Below, in pieces: positions 28,832 to 39,316 of a stretch of DNA of 64,000 bases. The translations under genes were made by a program, and so were the position numbers. How positions within the stretch are numbered: the stretch's first letter is position 1; every line of letters starts with the position of its first letter. This stretch comes from Porphyridium purpureum (Eukaryota): NCBI GenBank assembly GCA_008690995.1, contig VRMN01000003.1:2108001-2172000 (forward strand), read 5' to 3'. Below the pieces are notes generated by a model, which was given only the letters and a program-made list of their open reading frames with translations, was not told the DNA's origin and did not search any database.

Positions 28832-31800
28832 ATGCGGGCAACACGTGGTCGCGGTGTGAGAGCAGGCGCGGGAGGTGTGGAGTCTGGACGAAGCGCAGAG
28901 GCGAAGCGGCTGGAGATTGGGTTGAGCGTGGTGGAGGAATGGGTTGGCAATGGCCGCCGCGCAGGGATGAGGGCTCTGAAAGACATAGAGATGCGGCATG
29001 TGGAAGCGGTGAAGGAAATCGAAGCTGTTCTGGTCGCCTGCGCGCTTCGGATGCAGAGGGCTGCCATGCACAACAGTCAAAGCATTTCTGTCGAAGTGGC
29101 TCAGATCATGGGAGGCAGCCATCCGGGATGTGAATCGGATTTGGAGTTACTCATCGCATTGTGTAGGAGATTGCAAGCCCTGCTCAAGGCTGCAGACGGC
29201 CAGTCTTCTCCGGGCGAGCGTCCATTCGCGAGCGGATCGAGCGCAGAGCAGCACCGCGCACAGGAATGCGTGTCCCAACTATTGAGTTTGGCGTCGTTGC
29301 TGTTGTTCCGATCTGAGCTGATCACTCAGTCTAGCGAGACGGGGAACAGATATAAATTTTCTTCGCGTGCTCCTCAAATCGTCATGGACAGTATTGTACT
29401 TTGTGTGCAGGCCAAGGCGTACGGAGTCACGCAGCGCTTGTGCAGGGCGGTCATGTTGGCGTGCTCGGCGCTGGAGCAAAAACAGGAGTCTCAGAGCAAA
29501 TTAGTTGAACAGCCAACGAGTGGCTTGTTCTGGATTTTGGCCGCGCGAGTTCGGCCTGAAACGGAAAGTGCCACATGCAACAAGGAGAATGAATCTGACC
29601 TTTCATCATGTCACACCATTTTTGACAGCAACGAATGGACTCACGAGCTCAAGACCTTAGAACATCAAATTGGCCCGACGCTTGTCAAAGGTTTGGTGAT
29701 GGCGATTGTTGTGAATGCTGGTCTAGGCGTGATCCTGGAGGGTAAACGCGCCAGTGTTTCCAATCTCTGTTCGCTTTTCGGAGAGCTACTTTTCCCGATG
29801 GTTCAAAATACCTCGGCGATACAGAACGATTCAGATGCCACTGATGCGGAGGAAGACGGAGTGCGGACATTTGTGCTCAAAGAGCTTGACTTTCTCCACC
29901 ACGTACTTGACACATCCATGGGTGCCGAGAATGCCAAGCAAGGTGCAGATCCGCTCGTTCAGATTCTTTCCGCTCTTGCAAGCTTGCTGCGTCTCATGAA
30001 GTCTCTCCAGAGCAGTGCAAGGCAACGCACGGTAGAAGTGCGTACGGCAGAGCAGTGTGCTCACGCCATTCACAAACGCTTTCTCGAGGTCTCCAGGCGG
30101 CAGGAGCAGTTGGACATCGACGTTGAATTCGGGCGCTTGTGCGAGTTTATCTGGTCTCTGTTTGTCGCTTTGGTGAGTCTGCATGGTACATCTGAACATG
30201 CAGCGACTATCTTATCGAGCGAGTCGGTGTGTGCAGCAAGTGATTTCATCACGTGTGTCCTATACAAGGAGAAGAAAGCGAACAGCTCGGCTTCAAAGGA
30301 CAAATTTTTCAAAGCTTTTCTCGCCAAGCGCGTCTCAAGCTTACGACTGCATTGCCACCGACCGGACCTGGCCAGAATCGCCAAGCTATCGTACTGGGTG
30401 CTGCAGCTCAACGAAAGCAGCGATGCTGTGACTTTCGCGGCTCTACTTGACGAGCTTGAAAATCTTTGCAGTGCTGCAGAGTCGACATGCCACGACGGGA
30501 GCATACACCTCCGTATGGTGCGAGTTTTGGAGCCGCTAAGAAAGGGACTGGTACGGCAGGGTGTGGCGACACATCCAGAGTACGGCGTGGATGCGCTAGA
30601 GCGCTTCTACAAAATATACAGCAATCTTGTTGCGCGCGGGCTCATGCTCGCAGAGGATGCGAAAGCGAACCACGTGATGAGCAAATTAATACCTGCTGAG
30701 GAGGCACAGATGGCATGCTATGTGATGCTTGCGGACGTGCATGTTACACGCTTTCTTCAAAGTAAGTGCACGGAGCCCCGTGATGCAGATCAAACCAAGC
30801 TGAGCAATGTTCTGCAAAATATCAGCATCCTTGCCGAATCATTGTCCCCAAGCACGACACCTGCAGGGCCATCGAAATCGATTTGCTCCTGGGTGTCCGG
30901 CTATTTGCACAACCTGGGCGTGAAATTGGTCAATTTGAAGGAAGATGGTGCCAAACCTATCGCAGCAGACCTTTTCGAATCAAGTCTTGCTTTGCAGACC
31001 AGAGAAACGGAACAGTATTGGACCCTCTTGAGCCGCCTGTGCCTCTGTCGCATGCAGACCAATCGACACGTGGATGCCATTGAATCTGTTATGGAGGTAT
31101 TCGCGTCCTTTGCTTCGTCTCATGAAGACGAGCCTCTGACAAGCTGGCCAAAGGCCTTTCGAGACTGCATTATTCTCGTGATGGACGAGTGCGCAAATTC
31201 GGTAGCGACCAATGTTCAGATGGCAGTCGTGGCGCGCCTCGCGGAATTATTTGGTACGCAACATCCTGCGCTTCTAATTCGAATGATAACACTCGTGACG
31301 TATTCTGCGGATGCCCAAGCGAAGGATCTGCCACCAAAGAGCGTTTCGGCCGTCCCTGCTCTTCTGGTCAAAGTTATGGATCTTTTGGACTGGAAGGCGA
31401 TGCCAAACAGAGACAATGACCACAGGACATCTTCGATCCTCAGTTATGAGCGCGCTCGCTTGTTGTATCTCGCATCCGATTCTCGTTGGGGACTACATGA
31501 GCTTGAAACTGAATACTGTAATAACCTGTCGATCATCTGGAAAACCAAGTACTTGATGGCCCAAGGCCAGTGCCGAAATGCTATTTGGCTCATTTTGCAT
31601 GCGCAACTCGAACCCTTCAGCTTTGGTGATTCAATGGACGTGGATGCGCCTCTGCGCGTGATAGATGCGCTTTCGCGCATGGTATGTACGTTGATGTTGC
31701 ATGGCTACGCTGTTCTCGCGGCGCAATTCTCTTCTCTCATGCTGGACCTTGTGCGATCCTTGCCGCTGTTTGACGATGACGGCCTGCTCGTGTCACGTAC

Positions 31801-34726
31801 AGAGCTTGCGTTGATCGAGTCTTTGCGGGCAGGCGGCTACGCGTCTGTTGCATTTCGGATTCTGTCGAGTCCAAACACGAAGACGGCATCTTCGCGTCCA
31901 ACTGCGCTGGATCGTGCGGTCAAGGGGCGTGTGCTTCTGGACTTTGAGTCGTCGAGAGAAGACGCACTTGAGATTCTGCAGATCCGTAAAAGACAGGATA
32001 TAGGGCGAAATCGCGAGCCCAGGACAATTGAGAACGCAAGGCTTCTGCTCGTGCAGGCCAAGTCGCTTCACCTACTCGGACTGTACTCCGATGCTTTCGA
32101 AGTGTCATCAAGTGCATTGAAGCATACGCTTGCCATCCTGCTTGAGTATGGTTGCGCCGCGTCTACTCTGCAAACATCGGAGCAGTGGAGCATTGATATT
32201 GGTGGGAACAAGATTCCTGTTGTGCTGGTGAAAACACGAGAAAGTTCGATATGGAATTCTGCGCCCACGTTGATTGGGACACTCTGCGATGTTTTAGAGC
32301 AGCATGCTGCTGCTTGCGCTGCTCTAAATCAGCTCAGCGAGTGTCGGTATTTCCTGGAAAGAGCGCACATGATTTGCGAAAGATTGGGCCTCGTCCCGAG
32401 AAAACTGCATCTCGGATCCGAACTTTACCATTTCGCTTCCCAGCGACACGACTTTAACGATGCCGAAAGATGGCTCACGGCGCTCGCTCCAATCGGTGAT
32501 GTGGCTTCACATGAGGGGCCGGAAGAAACAGAGCTGGTCAGAGACCGTTTTGAAAATTTGGATTGCATCGCGCGTCGATTAGATTCCGCTCAGAATTTTA
32601 TGGAGTACCAGCTTGAGTCTCGACCTCGCTCCATTGTGCTGGAGTTGGCGGAGGTCCCTAGACTGCTACGCGTCTTGCGTCATCGCACAAGAATACTGGC
32701 ACTTAGTCTTACACGCGTATTCGACTTGCGTTCCCACGAACAAGGAACTGAGTCGCTGTTGCCGCGGTATGATAGAGATTGGTCGTACGATCTCGCTGGT
32801 CGTTTTTCGAACGAAAGCAGACAGCTCTACTGGGACGTATCAAGGTGGAAGTGGTCGAAGCAGGTGCTGGAAGAGCCCAGTCTTTCGTGGCTTCGAAGCA
32901 GAGCCGTGATGGTTGAAGCACAGCATGCGACTGTTTTCGGCGCCTTCAAGACACTGCAGCAGACCCATGAAAGTCTCGCTCCTCTGATCGACGATCTACC
33001 AAACTTCAAGTCCATTCCTCAGTCAAACGAGATGCAGGCTGCCGCGATCCTGGAGAAGGTTCTCGCATTTGTGCGCTTCAACATTGAGCCATTCGAGACG
33101 TATGTGGATCACCTGTGGTCCTCTGCGGGCCCTGAAGGTCAGCACATGAAGGGAGGGAAGCCCAAAGCAAAATTGTCCGCGTCACGATGTGGCGTATCCT
33201 TGTCTTTCCAGAAAGAAATGCAGGCAATGCACGACATGATGGAGTTTGCTGACGAGCTCGTCTCGCACCAATGGAGGGTGCCGGATTTCGAGTTGCAGCG
33301 CAAAATCAAATCCATGCTTGCCCTCATCACAGGTCGCACGGACCCGTGGCTTTGCGCTTCGCTGCTGGATGAAGCATCGTCTCCCGTGCGTTTCGGCGGG
33401 AGCGAGCCACGCAATTGTACTGGCAACGAACAAGATGCTCTTGCTGCGTCATTTGATGATATGAAGCTCTCTTCACCTGGAGAAAAGGATGGCGCACATG
33501 CGCTTCGCCTGGAAGCTGCGGTGCGCGGGATGGCTAGATACGACCTGGATGTGGCAAGCCTTTGCGTGGAGCAAAACCATCTTGGGTTTCTCATGGGATG
33601 GAGCGTGGTTCCAGAGGAAAGCGGACTCACGCCACAGCTAAAGCTGCTCAAGGTCGCTGAAGAGCTCACAGTACAAGACGTAGTTCAGGAAATGAAGCAG
33701 ATTGTGGCTCAGATGAGGACAGGAGACGAAGCGATTCGTCGAAACTTTGATCCTGCAGATGTCGGAAAGACGGCATTGAGCAATGAGCAAAAGGCAGAGT
33801 GGTGGCAGGCACGATATGAGCTTGAAGAAAGACTTGGGAGGCTGATCCACCGCGTACAGAAAACGTGGATACACAAGGGGTTGAATGTCTTTGGAGAGTG
33901 CAAGGCGCGCACTTGCGTGCTCCTTTTAGACCGTTACCTACACCAGTTCCCCTGGGAGGCCTTGCCGTGCAATGCGGGAAGACCGATTTCCAGAATGCTA
34001 AACGTGTGCGCGAGCTACAGCCAAATGGGTGTCCTTGGAGCAAATGGGCAGAACATCGACAGACTTGCTGTGCCAAAGGAGTCGCTGGCTTACATACTAA
34101 ACCCAGGAGGCGACTTGAAGGCGACGGAGGAGAGGTTCGCTACGCGGTTTAAAATGCAGCGCGGTTGGCAGGGACATTGTGGCTTGTTGTCGCAGGACAA
34201 GGTGGGCGAAATGATGATGGACTGGGACGGGCGCAAAGATGTCCTCCTATACTGCGGCCACGGGGCCGGAGAAAAGTTGCTTCGACCAGCGGCACTTCGG
34301 TCTACGGACAGGCTCCCGACGGTGGCTATTTTGATGGGATGCTCGTCAGGTAAGCTGGACACTCGAGGCAGGTTTGATGCTCAAGGTATACTGGCTTCTT
34401 ATTTACAGGAAGGGTGCTGCTCTGTCGTGGCGAACTTGTGGGACGTGACCGATCGGGACACGGATGAGCTGACCAGTCGATTTCTTGAAATGTGGGCAAA
34501 ACTCGACCCGGAGCCAAGTTCCTCTGCGCCGAAAGCGAAAAGAGGCAGACCACATGTCAACCCTTCGAATCGAAGTTTATCGATATCGTGTCCGAATCTT
34601 GACGACAGAGCTGAGACCCGGTCATTAGCAGAGGCGCTAACTCGTTCGCGTGATTGTGTGAAGCTACAGTACTTGAATGGTGCAGCGACTGTTGCGTACG
34701 GCCTTCCTCACATCTTTATGATCTAG
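28832..34726 (+). CDS. ESP1: Separase (peptidase C50)
   Basis: WWQARYELEERL, FPWEALP, YILNPGGDL, catalytic LYCGHGAG and ILMGCSSG, VVANLWDVTDRD and YLNGAATVAYGLP; long helical N-terminus. Alternative start 28967. Confidence 0.95.
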   Translation: MRATRGRGVRAGAGGVESGRSAEAKRLEIGLSVVEEWVGNGRRAGMRALKDIEMRHVEAVKEIEAVLVACALRMQRAAMHNSQSISVEVAQIMGGSHPGCESDLELLIALCRRLQALLKAADGQSSPGERPFASGSSAEQHRAQECVSQLLSLASLLLFRSELITQSSETGNRYKFSSRAPQIVMDSIVLCVQAKAYGVTQRLCRAVMLACSALEQKQESQSKLVEQPTSGLFWILAARVRPETESATCNKENESDLSSCHTIFDSNEWTHELKTLEHQIGPTLVKGLVMAIVVNAGLGVILEGKRASVSNLCSLFGELLFPMVQNTSAIQNDSDATDAEEDGVRTFVLKELDFLHHVLDTSMGAENAKQGADPLVQILSALASLLRLMKSLQSSARQRTVEVRTAEQCAHAIHKRFLEVSRRQEQLDIDVEFGRLCEFIWSLFVALVSLHGTSEHAATILSSESVCAASDFITCVLYKEKKANSSASKDKFFKAFLAKRVSSLRLHCHRPDLARIAKLSYWVLQLNESSDAVTFAALLDELENLCSAAESTCHDGSIHLRMVRVLEPLRKGLVRQGVATHPEYGVDALERFYKIYSNLVARGLMLAEDAKANHVMSKLIPAEEAQMACYVMLADVHVTRFLQSKCTEPRDADQTKLSNVLQNISILAESLSPSTTPAGPSKSICSWVSGYLHNLGVKLVNLKEDGAKPIAADLFESSLALQTRETEQYWTLLSRLCLCRMQTNRHVDAIESVMEVFASFASSHEDEPLTSWPKAFRDCIILVMDECANSVATNVQMAVVARLAELFGTQHPALLIRMITLVTYSADAQAKDLPPKSVSAVPALLVKVMDLLDWKAMPNRDNDHRTSSILSYERARLLYLASDSRWGLHELETEYCNNLSIIWKTKYLMAQGQCRNAIWLILHAQLEPFSFGDSMDVDAPLRVIDALSRMVCTLMLHGYAVLAAQFSSLMLDLVRSLPLFDDDGLLVSRTELALIESLRAGGYASVAFRILSSPNTKTASSRPTALDRAVKGRVLLDFESSREDALEILQIRKRQDIGRNREPRTIENARLLLVQAKSLHLLGLYSDAFEVSSSALKHTLAILLEYGCAASTLQTSEQWSIDIGGNKIPVVLVKTRESSIWNSAPTLIGTLCDVLEQHAAACAALNQLSECRYFLERAHMICERLGLVPRKLHLGSELYHFASQRHDFNDAERWLTALAPIGDVASHEGPEETELVRDRFENLDCIARRLDSAQNFMEYQLESRPRSIVLELAEVPRLLRVLRHRTRILALSLTRVFDLRSHEQGTESLLPRYDRDWSYDLAGRFSNESRQLYWDVSRWKWSKQVLEEPSLSWLRSRAVMVEAQHATVFGAFKTLQQTHESLAPLIDDLPNFKSIPQSNEMQAAAILEKVLAFVRFNIEPFETYVDHLWSSAGPEGQHMKGGKPKAKLSASRCGVSLSFQKEMQAMHDMMEFADELVSHQWRVPDFELQRKIKSMLALITGRTDPWLCASLLDEASSPVRFGGSEPRNCTGNEQDALAASFDDMKLSSPGEKDGAHALRLEAAVRGMARYDLDVASLCVEQNHLGFLMGWSVVPEESGLTPQLKLLKVAEELTVQDVVQEMKQIVAQMRTGDEAIRRNFDPADVGKTALSNEQKAEWWQARYELEERLGRLIHRVQKTWIHKGLNVFGECKARTCVLLLDRYLHQFPWEALPCNAGRPISRMLNVCASYSQMGVLGANGQNIDRLAVPKESLAYILNPGGDLKATEERFATRFKMQRGWQGHCGLLSQDKVGEMMMDWDGRKDVLLYCGHGAGEKLLRPAALRSTDRLPTVAILMGCSSGKLDTRGRFDAQGILASYLQEGCCSVVANLWDVTDRDTDELTSRFLEMWAKLDPEPSSSAPKAKRGRPHVNPSNRSLSISCPNLDDRAETRSLAEALTRSRDCVKLQYLNGAATVAYGLPHIFMI

Positions 34727-34769
34727 AGGCACACCAAGGACCCGCACGAGATGTAAAATAGTTCAGTCC

Positions 34770-36080
34770 TTAGATGTCGACTGCGTTCGCCATGTGTCTT
34801 TCAATCTCTCGACCGTTCATGGACTGTACGTTTCTGTAGTTGCCCGGATATCCCAGCCAGGCGCCATATGTACGCACAAGGTCGTTATCCACTCGCACCG
34901 TCGAATTGGAAAGAAACCACCGATAACCTTCAAAGCACGGCGGGTACGTCATACTTCCGTTGTAAGCATAGTAGCCCGTCTCATTCAACGGTGGGAAGAG
35001 CGTTGTCAAGTTCACAGTGACAACATTCGTGGTGTTCAGAATGTCAAAGAGTGTACTTAGCGTGCGTGTCGCATCCGAGGCACCGTTCTCTCCTTCCAAG
35101 GCAGATCGCGTCGAAGAAAACAAGGAACTAACAAAGGAGCCATTGTAGTCTCCGATAGACTCGTTCGCAATAAGCTGCAGTTCGAGTCCTGTCGATGCGC
35201 CGCGAATGCTGTGCTCGGCCTGGGTACGAAAAACAAATTCTTGTACGTCAAACCGGCCAGGTATAGACTCATTCCACTGAATTGAGCCACACGGGCGGTC
35301 CAGGCACTGAAAGAAAGGTGAGTTGTCTCTCCATGTGACAGAAACACGAGAGGACTCCTCTAATTCCAGTATATACCCGAGAAATGGCTTTCCGGTATCA
35401 TTGTCGACGCCCTCGAGCGACTCAATCAGGCTCCGGATGATATTTACGGGCGATTGCATCTTCCCGGCCGCGCACATCTGGAACTCGCTGGAAACGTTGC
35501 CCCAGCTCGGCGGGTTCGTTTGACCGAGATAGGACCATTCATGCAGGTTCTGCGAACGTGCGAAATAGAAACCGCTTCTATCGAGCGTGACTTGATAGAT
35601 CATGCCGCCAAGAAATGCGAGCGCACATAGCCAACCAAACACACAGATGCAAATTGGTGCGATCAGCTTTACAAACTTGTCGCGAAAATGCCGGCCCTTC
35701 TGCTCGACGATGACGTTCTCACGGCCTTTCGAGTCCACCGACGCCGTGTCGTCCGAACCCGTTGACCTCGCCTCTCCGACGTTCTCCTGTGTACCATTCA
35801 AACCTGTCTCACCTTCCGCAAGAACCTTCTTTGCCTCTTGTGTCGACGACGTCAATGTCTCCGCACTATGCGGCTGCTGATCCTGGTGCTGGTGGTGGTC
35901 CTGATCCTGATCCACGCCGTCTCCACCCGCCGTTACCTTCATCGCCTTCACCGAGTCAGCGACCGGCCCTTCTCCATCCTCGAGTACATCATCGCCTCCG
36001 AGCTGCGATGCCGGCGGCGAAGGAACCGTGGTCGGCATCGTCTCGATGTCTCCACCGGACGCCGCAACGCTTGAAGACAT
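34770..36080 (-). CDS. Membrane-anchored alpha-carbonic anhydrase-like protein lacking Zn-binding His residues
   Basis: WSY, C-x-x-G-x-x-QSPVNI, AEHSIRG, YYAYNGSMTYPPCFEG and NYRNVQSMNGR motifs; acidic N-terminus plus one TM. Likely start 36080 (upstream in-frame ATG at 36173). Confidence 0.85.
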   Translation of the reverse strand: MSSSVAASGGDIETMPTTVPSPPASQLGGDDVLEDGEGPVADSVKAMKVTAGGDGVDQDQDHHQHQDQQPHSAETLTSSTQEAKKVLAEGETGLNGTQENVGEARSTGSDDTASVDSKGRENVIVEQKGRHFRDKFVKLIAPICICVFGWLCALAFLGGMIYQVTLDRSGFYFARSQNLHEWSYLGQTNPPSWGNVSSEFQMCAAGKMQSPVNIIRSLIESLEGVDNDTGKPFLGYILELEESSRVSVTWRDNSPFFQCLDRPCGSIQWNESIPGRFDVQEFVFRTQAEHSIRGASTGLELQLIANESIGDYNGSFVSSLFSSTRSALEGENGASDATRTLSTLFDILNTTNVVTVNLTTLFPPLNETGYYAYNGSMTYPPCFEGYRWFLSNSTVRVDNDLVRTYGAWLGYPGNYRNVQSMNGREIERHMANAVDI

Positions 36081-36278
36081 CTTGCCACGGTCTACGTCCC
36101 TCTCCCTAACTCGCAACGCTAACGTGCCAAACGTATTCAGAGGGAAGACAAAAAGGCCGCATAAATAGTTCATATCAAACTGTGCTTCTGCGATAGGAGA
36201 AATGACTGTGACGTGAAAAGCTACCAAGGAAGCCGAGTTGATGATGGATGTGCATACGACGAAACTTCTCTGACCTGC

Positions 36279-39098
36279 CTACTGCTGGTTGCATTCACTT
36301 TGAGCACGACGCCCAGACCAGCGACCGCGGCTTTCGTCGTCGTCCTTCTCGACGTCTTCTTGGTTGTTGGCCCGACCTGTTTCGGTAAAGGTATTCGTTG
36401 GTAGGGTTCGCCAAGGAGACGCTTCGTGGGAGGTTGGGGCTCGCTCATGAGGCGCACTGGAGCTACTAACTGCCAGTTGCTTTCTACCTTCGTCTGATTT
36501 GCCTGCCTTAACGTCAGCTTTAGCTGGCGGCAATCGGTTTCGGAAATTCGTTGTCCCGGGGTCTCTGCCATCTGCACTAGAGTATCCAGCAGCTTTTCCC
36601 GACCTTTTCACACTTCTCTCCTCGTGCATATGAACATCCTCATTATCTTCAAGTGAAGGCAGCTGAGGCGGAGAAGCCTGAAAGGTAGGGGTTCGCGGGT
36701 GTATGTCAGGGGCAACTGACTTTGTTGGAAGCTCTCCAGACTGCCTTACACTCCTGTCATCGTGCATGTGAACATCATCGTCGTGTGCGAGACGAAGCAG
36801 CTCACGCGCAGAAATGTTGGAGCTCGGAGACCCTCGATACGTGCTGGGAGCAATCATGTTTGTCGCAGCGTTTCTAGACTCGTTCACACCGCCCTTATCA
36901 AGCATAAGAACGTCCTCATCATCTTGAACGAGTGGCAGCTCTGGCGCAGAAATTTGAGAGCTCGTGGTCCCCGGGTGTATGAGAGGAGCACCTGAGTTTG
37001 TAGTATCGTTTCCAGACTCTTTCACGCTACCCTCGTCGTGCATGTGGACGTCCTCATCATCTTCAAAGGGAGGCGGTTCAGGCAAAGGACTTCGATCAAA
37101 TGGTGGTCGAGCTTTTCCCGAAAATGCGCGAGCCATGCTTTGCCCTGTGTTCAAGAATGCAGCTCTCTTTCCGAACTCACTTGATCGTCCTTTCTCTTTC
37201 TCCTTGAACCTCGGTTGAGCAGCAGACGGCGCACGAGCTGCTGGCTCTTTGATGATAGGTGGGGAATCGGCCGTATTGGTCGCCTGCAAGGGCCAGACTG
37301 TGTCCGTCCTGATGTCACCTGTTTCCGCAATCGAATTCGAATGAGTTTTCAAGCCCATACCATACCATCGCTGCGATAAACTCACTTCGTCGTTTAGATC
37401 ATCCAAGGATTGCACATTCTCGGGCTGCCTGTCCGTGGGGGCTGCATTCGGTAGAGCTTCAAATGCATTGCTTCTTGCATCAGTAGCCACTGCTTTCGTA
37501 TGTACCGGAGGTCTCTCAAATGCATCTGCCCGGCTGGCGCCATTCAGACCATTCTCTGCCTGTTCCGGTCGAAACACCTCTTCTAGACGAGTAACCTTCT
37601 TCTCTTCCTGCAGCTCTTTCATAAGTTCTTCATCATCATCATCAAAAGCCCCAAACATTTTCAAATCTCTGGCGCGCGCAACCGGATCGATGCTTAATCG
37701 GTGCACCTTCTGCTCTGTGGCTTGCGTGGGTTCAGCAACACAAATCTCAGGTTCTAAGGGTAAGTCTCCGTACAAAGCATCGTCGATGGGCGCCACAATG
37801 GGCAAATGCGGCTCAGCGACGGGGCGTGTGCCCGTTTGCGGCGGTGCATTCTTTTCAGAAGGTAGCCCAGGCTGGGCACCGCGCACGGGCTCCTTTCCTT
37901 TCCGCGTTCTAGACGTCGCTGCCAGAAGATTGTTTTCGTTAGATATCAGACCATGATCATCTGAATCCATCGAAACACGTTCAAAGATCCAGTCATTTAA
38001 CGCGCGGTTGAATGTCGCATGTATCGGATCAGAGACAAAGGCGTCCTCGGGAACAAGAAGATCGAAGAGCTGTTCTGAATGATACCTCATGCAAATCTCG
38101 GTCTGCAGACGAGAAGGCACAAATTCGACCTTCAAAAGTCGCAAAGAGGATGTGGGAGCATCCGACCCAGGCACCGCCGCGACTGTTGGCTCGCAAATGA
38201 GCGACCGGCTGGGGTCGCTTTCAATTCGAGCAGCGCCAGGAACAAGGGCAGGGACTTCTGTCCCTACTCTCCCGAGCGGCTTGCACGCTCGAAACCTCAC
38301 TGTTAAAGTTCCGCACCGAGGTGCGCTAGTCGCCTCGACACCTGTCTCTGAACTAAACAAGGATCTCAGGGTCGCACCTGCTGCAATGGCAGCGTCCACA
38401 TCATAGCGCAGCTCAAATTTTAGCGTCTGGTAAACGTCGCCAGGAGGACGGAAGCGATCAAAAACACATGTCCATATCTCGCGCTCGCCCAGAGCATCGG
38501 GCTTTCGCTTCAGGTACTTTTGACACACACTGTTCCCGTCCACGAGAAGCTCAGCATAGTTCGGAAACTCGCTCTGTGGGAAGAAAAGTGAAGAAGGGCG
38601 GAACCAGGACGCCTGGACGCGAAACTCGGCGTCTGCTCTTGCTCTCAAGATTCGGACACCGTCAGCGAAGGCCACTTGACGCAGTGTTTCCACCCTCTTG
38701 TTGCGCTCGTCATATATCTGCACGGACACTAAAAACCCATTCTCATCTATCGACGCGAGTTCGTCGTGCAACGGCGCTTGCGAATCGGCCACGGCCTGCA
38801 TTTCTTCAGACGTCGCACCCGGAGCGGGAGGCGCGGAACGCACAGACTGCGGCTGCGGAGGCGTTTGTCGGCCGTATCCGATTGGAATCCGAGAAGATAC
38901 AATAGGCGCCGCTGGCGCAGCTAATGTTTCTCGCGCCACAGTGACGCTGCCATTCGCCCAGGGCGAGACGACTCTGCTATTCACCTGCGTCACTGCGGCG
39001 GCGCCATTTGCGTTTGGTGCATGCCCATATTCCGACGCGAGCGCAGACTGAACGCCCGCAGCAGTGCGAGGCGGCGGCAGACGTTCTGGTCTTGCCAT
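36279..39098 (-). CDS. Hypothetical protein: globular beta-rich N-terminal domain, disordered C-terminus with 46-aa tandem repeats
   Basis: 2.8-kb uninterrupted ORF, first ATG at 39098; no family recognised. Confidence 0.75.
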   Translation of the reverse strand: MARPERLPPPRTAAGVQSALASEYGHAPNANGAAAVTQVNSRVVSPWANGSVTVARETLAAPAAPIVSSRIPIGYGRQTPPQPQSVRSAPPAPGATSEEMQAVADSQAPLHDELASIDENGFLVSVQIYDERNKRVETLRQVAFADGVRILRARADAEFRVQASWFRPSSLFFPQSEFPNYAELLVDGNSVCQKYLKRKPDALGEREIWTCVFDRFRPPGDVYQTLKFELRYDVDAAIAAGATLRSLFSSETGVEATSAPRCGTLTVRFRACKPLGRVGTEVPALVPGAARIESDPSRSLICEPTVAAVPGSDAPTSSLRLLKVEFVPSRLQTEICMRYHSEQLFDLLVPEDAFVSDPIHATFNRALNDWIFERVSMDSDDHGLISNENNLLAATSRTRKGKEPVRGAQPGLPSEKNAPPQTGTRPVAEPHLPIVAPIDDALYGDLPLEPEICVAEPTQATEQKVHRLSIDPVARARDLKMFGAFDDDDEELMKELQEEKKVTRLEEVFRPEQAENGLNGASRADAFERPPVHTKAVATDARSNAFEALPNAAPTDRQPENVQSLDDLNDEVSLSQRWYGMGLKTHSNSIAETGDIRTDTVWPLQATNTADSPPIIKEPAARAPSAAQPRFKEKEKGRSSEFGKRAAFLNTGQSMARAFSGKARPPFDRSPLPEPPPFEDDEDVHMHDEGSVKESGNDTTNSGAPLIHPGTTSSQISAPELPLVQDDEDVLMLDKGGVNESRNAATNMIAPSTYRGSPSSNISARELLRLAHDDDVHMHDDRSVRQSGELPTKSVAPDIHPRTPTFQASPPQLPSLEDNEDVHMHEERSVKRSGKAAGYSSADGRDPGTTNFRNRLPPAKADVKAGKSDEGRKQLAVSSSSAPHERAPTSHEASPWRTLPTNTFTETGRANNQEDVEKDDDESRGRWSGRRAQSECNQQ
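36600..37065 (-). repeat. 138-bp (46-aa) coding tandem repeat, about 3.4 units
   Basis: The Met codons of the DDEDVHMHDExSV motif fall at 37041, 36903, 36765 and 36627 (exact 138-bp period). Confidence 0.88.
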
Positions 39099-39316
39099 GA
39101 TCCAGGCCAACAGGCCGTCCTTTTTTCTTTGTGTCTCCCTTTCTCTGACCGAGACAAATGTACAATTCCTTTTAATTCCCTTGCGGAGTGATTCTTATAA
39201 TCATTTTCAGGTTTCAAGGTTTTCCAGGCGTCAAGGAAGCTGCTGGCCTGCTTCGAGCTTAGGCCCATCCACATCATTCGTACGCTTCGTCAAAGCCGTG
39301 AAAATGGATGCCGCCT

